From NCBI GenBank assembly GCA_905178155.1, contig CAJINV010000004.1, positions 10,196,381 to 10,260,380 of the forward strand: DNA of 64,000 nucleotides. The letters are read 5' to 3'. This DNA is from Amoebophrya sp. A120. Taxonomy: Eukaryota; Protista; Dinoflagellata. Positions 61,314 through 64,000 of this stretch are shown in pieces. The position numbers and the translations under genes are program-made. Position 1 is the first letter of the stretch. Each line of letters starts with the position of its first letter. Under the pieces are notes generated by a model. That model ran no database searches. It had not been told where the DNA came from and worked only from the letters and a program-made list of their open reading frames with translations.

Positions 61314-61823
61314 ATGGACTCCGATTGTCTGTACGACCAGGACTGGGTTGCTCTGGACGGCAGTCCGTCTCCCAAACACCTGAAATCTGCTTCAAAATCC
61401 AACATGGATTGGATCCCGGTCGAATTGGAGTTTCATGATGATGATGCCAGGAGTACGACTATTGGAACGAACGCAACCGTTACGCCGGTGGAAGAGTTGC
61501 ACCATGAAACAAGCTGTAGTACCAACGATGGACTTTTGGACAAAAACTCATCTTCCAGCCTGATGATCCAGAAACACCAACCTGTAGTTGGAGAAGACCC
61601 TGCTGCAGCGCTGTTGCGTCGAGGCTCGAAGAAACAGCTCCTTGTGGAAGGCTACTCAGAAGCAGCCGGCGCTAAAAGTAAAGATAACGCATTTCCAACC
61701 GATTTCAAAAGTTTCGGATTGACGGCCTTCCTCCCTTATAACAGAAGCAAACCATGGACCGCGTGGGACACTCAGGGCGACGCTTTTGCGCCCGCTCGAC
61801 GCCACTCATGGGCAGCGTTCTAG
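61314..61823 (+). CDS. Hypothetical protein; probably the first exon of a gene whose 3' structure is unresolved
   Basis: 169-aa ORF with ATG; part of it is repeated in frame at 62821-62889. Confidence 0.45.
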   Translation: MDSDCLYDQDWVALDGSPSPKHLKSASKSNMDWIPVELEFHDDDARSTTIGTNATVTPVEELHHETSCSTNDGLLDKNSSSSLMIQKHQPVVGEDPAAALLRRGSKKQLLVEGYSEAAGAKSKDNAFPTDFKSFGLTAFLPYNRSKPWTAWDTQGDAFAPARRHSWAAF

Positions 61824-62163
61824 GTTTCCGCTGGATGGGGCCCGAGGGTGCCATGTGTGGCCCATTTCGCCTGCCTTTTCAGCCGTCATCCACTTTGGGT
61901 TCAATTGTTTGCGGCCGTTTTTAAGGGGCCGCAAAGTCATTTGGGCTGCTCTGGCCGCGAGATGATTCGGCCCTTGTCGAGCTTTTTGCCCCCGGCGCGC
62001 AAGCCTACGGCGGCTTCCAGCTTGCACATCTTCTTCTATTTCTTTTGCAAAATCTTCGTCGCTGCCATTCAGCCGATGACTTCCCACCGTAATCCCAACC
62101 TTTTGGCGTGTCTGCTGCAGTAAGGGTTTTAACTCGGGGCCGCGCCAACTTTTTTCTCGGCGG

Positions 62164-62292
62164 CCCAATTTCAAACGGTGATCGAGATTCGGTCAAGAAG
62201 TTGGTCCAAAATCGGTCCGGACACAGATTCTAATATACGGACCGAATTTGGACCAATTTCTGACCGAATCCCGATCACCGTTTGAAATTGGG
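62164..62292. repeat. Long imperfect inverted repeat (arms about 56 bp, loop about 18 bp)
   Basis: CCCAATTTCAAACGGTGATCG...TCGGTCCG / CGGACCGA...CGATCACCGTTTGAAATTGGG. Confidence 0.9.
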
Positions 62293-62300
62293 GGATGGAC

Positions 62301-62400
62301 TCGATCGCCGTTTGAAAATCTCGATCACCGTTTGAATATCTCGATCACCATTTGAATATCTCGATCACCATTCGAAATTCCCGATCCCAGTTTGAAATTG
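62301..62400. repeat. 20-bp minisatellite, 5 copies (TCGATCACCGTTTGAAWATC)
   Basis: Exact 20-nt period read directly; unit matches the arm of the adjacent hairpin. Confidence 0.9.
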
Positions 62401-64000
62401 CCGATTGGCGACCTGGGGGGGGGCGCAAAAGGCCGGCCTGAAGTCCGAAGCTCTATCGTATAGCGTGGCGCAACATAGTGGTGGTGCCAGGCGGGGCCGC
62501 CCAGTGGCGCCGATCTTCCCCCAGCTGAATGTGGCGCCGTGACGGTCCCAACAGGAAGAGCCACAGGAACACTCTTGGGCTTCCTTGGGCAGACCGCGTG
62601 CCCCCGTGCCGTTCACAGTAGGCTTTTTTGCCTTGCGCTCATGAGCATGGTCCCTGCCTCTTGGCCCGGTGCCTAATTTGGCGTCACTCGCTCGGATATA
62701 GGCTCTGAGGCTGGTAGAAATAGTGAGCACCCATCCCATAGGAGTGTGAAAGTATGAAACTTTTGAAATTGGTTTGAATTATGTTCCAAAAGAAATTAGT
62801 GCCCGTTTGCTTTTGAGTTACAGAAACACCAACCTGTAGTTGGACAAGAAGACCCTGCTGCAGCGCTGTTGCGTCGAGGCTCGAAGAAAACCCAACTATC
62901 GAAGGAAAAAAGTGTTACAGTTACACACGACAGCGAAAATAGCGTATTTTTTCAAGGGCAGGCTAGAACTTTTTTCGAGCCGCGGCTACCTGTCACGCCT
63001 ATTGCGTTTTCATTTTCGTGTCAGGCAAAAAGGAGGCCTCCACGTAGCTGCGGCTGCTTCAGTTCACTGGAATAGCTAAGAAGGCAAGCTGCTACATGTC
63101 GCGGACCTCATTGAGAACTACAGTGACTGATAGACAGGGCGGCGGCAGAATGTCTCAGCGAAACAATAGAGCGGGCCAAGGTCAAAGCGATGCTTTCGAC
63201 CTTGTGAGGGACAATGCCTGCTGTTTCACTTAGTCGCAAACCTGACGAACCGCAGCGACCGTTTTTATTGCCTCCAGGCCGACTTGCGCAACGGCGACAC
63301 GCGCGGGAGCGAAAAGTGCAGGACGGCGCTCGCTGGCATTTGACGCGACGAGCGGGCGCCTTTGCAGTGCCAGCCTTTCCCTTCCCATCGTGGTCATGAT
63401 GGCTCTACGTAATTCGCACTTTCCTGGCCGAATCGACGCCCTGTCCCGAAAGCCAACTTTCCACCCGGATTGCAAAAAAAAGTGATACGCACTGCATTTT
63501 TTTGAGGGGTCAAAGCAAGGCCAGAAAAAATAGCAACTGTATCACTTTTTTTTCCATGTGTAACACTTTTTTCACCGGGCGGAAACCAACTTCGATACTT
63601 TTCTCCCCGAGCGAAATCTTGATACAACGCGAAATGTGTAACACAGTAAATCGCAGAATTCCGTGGGGCTTCGCAAAAAAACTGCTGTGTTACACACCAA
63701 AAAGTGTAACTTTGGCCAGCCCTCAAGGGAGGGTCAAAATGTGGGTGATTTTGCGCAAGAGATTGCCGTTTTTTTTTCGAAATGTGTAACACCTCGACTG
63801 AAAGCAAACACGCGAAAGCGCAAGCCTTCAGCTAGAGGCTCTGCGTCAAGTTTGCACACCACGCAAAAGAAGCTGGCCCCATGTCCGTGATTGACTTGCA
63901 GGGATCCTGCGAGCGCAGCCTGCTCCGTGGGTGTCTGAGAACATGTCTCGCATACAAGTCAAGCCGCGCATGCTTGATAGCGAAACACTCGGACTACAGG

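Overview
Eukaryotic genomic DNA in which every gene I could model lies on the + strand. Most proteins are very long and low-complexity. The style matches the parasitic dinoflagellate Amoebophrya (Syndiniales); this is inference, not a database result. The dominant signal is 29 short non-coding elements (149-320 bp; one expanded by a nested insert). All begin TAT, end ATA, carry terminal inverted repeats (TIRs) from about 8 families, and are flanked by a 5-bp direct repeat (TSD). For 28 of the 29, removing the element plus one TSD copy rejoins the flanking reading frames (checked by hand). They therefore behave as non-canonical introner-type introns. This collapses the fragmented ORF track into a few genes: about 3953 aa (13525-28994), about 2665 aa (30318-38998), about 4392 aa (41072-60521) and a 163-aa secreted protein (10828-12289). 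A partial CRAL-TRIO/SEC14-like gene lies at the left edge. Elements occur in both orientations, share a GCATGACAAA-like internal motif, and are spaced at near multiples of ~10.5 bp. Only one offers a GT-AG register. No transposase ORF is recognisable in the window.
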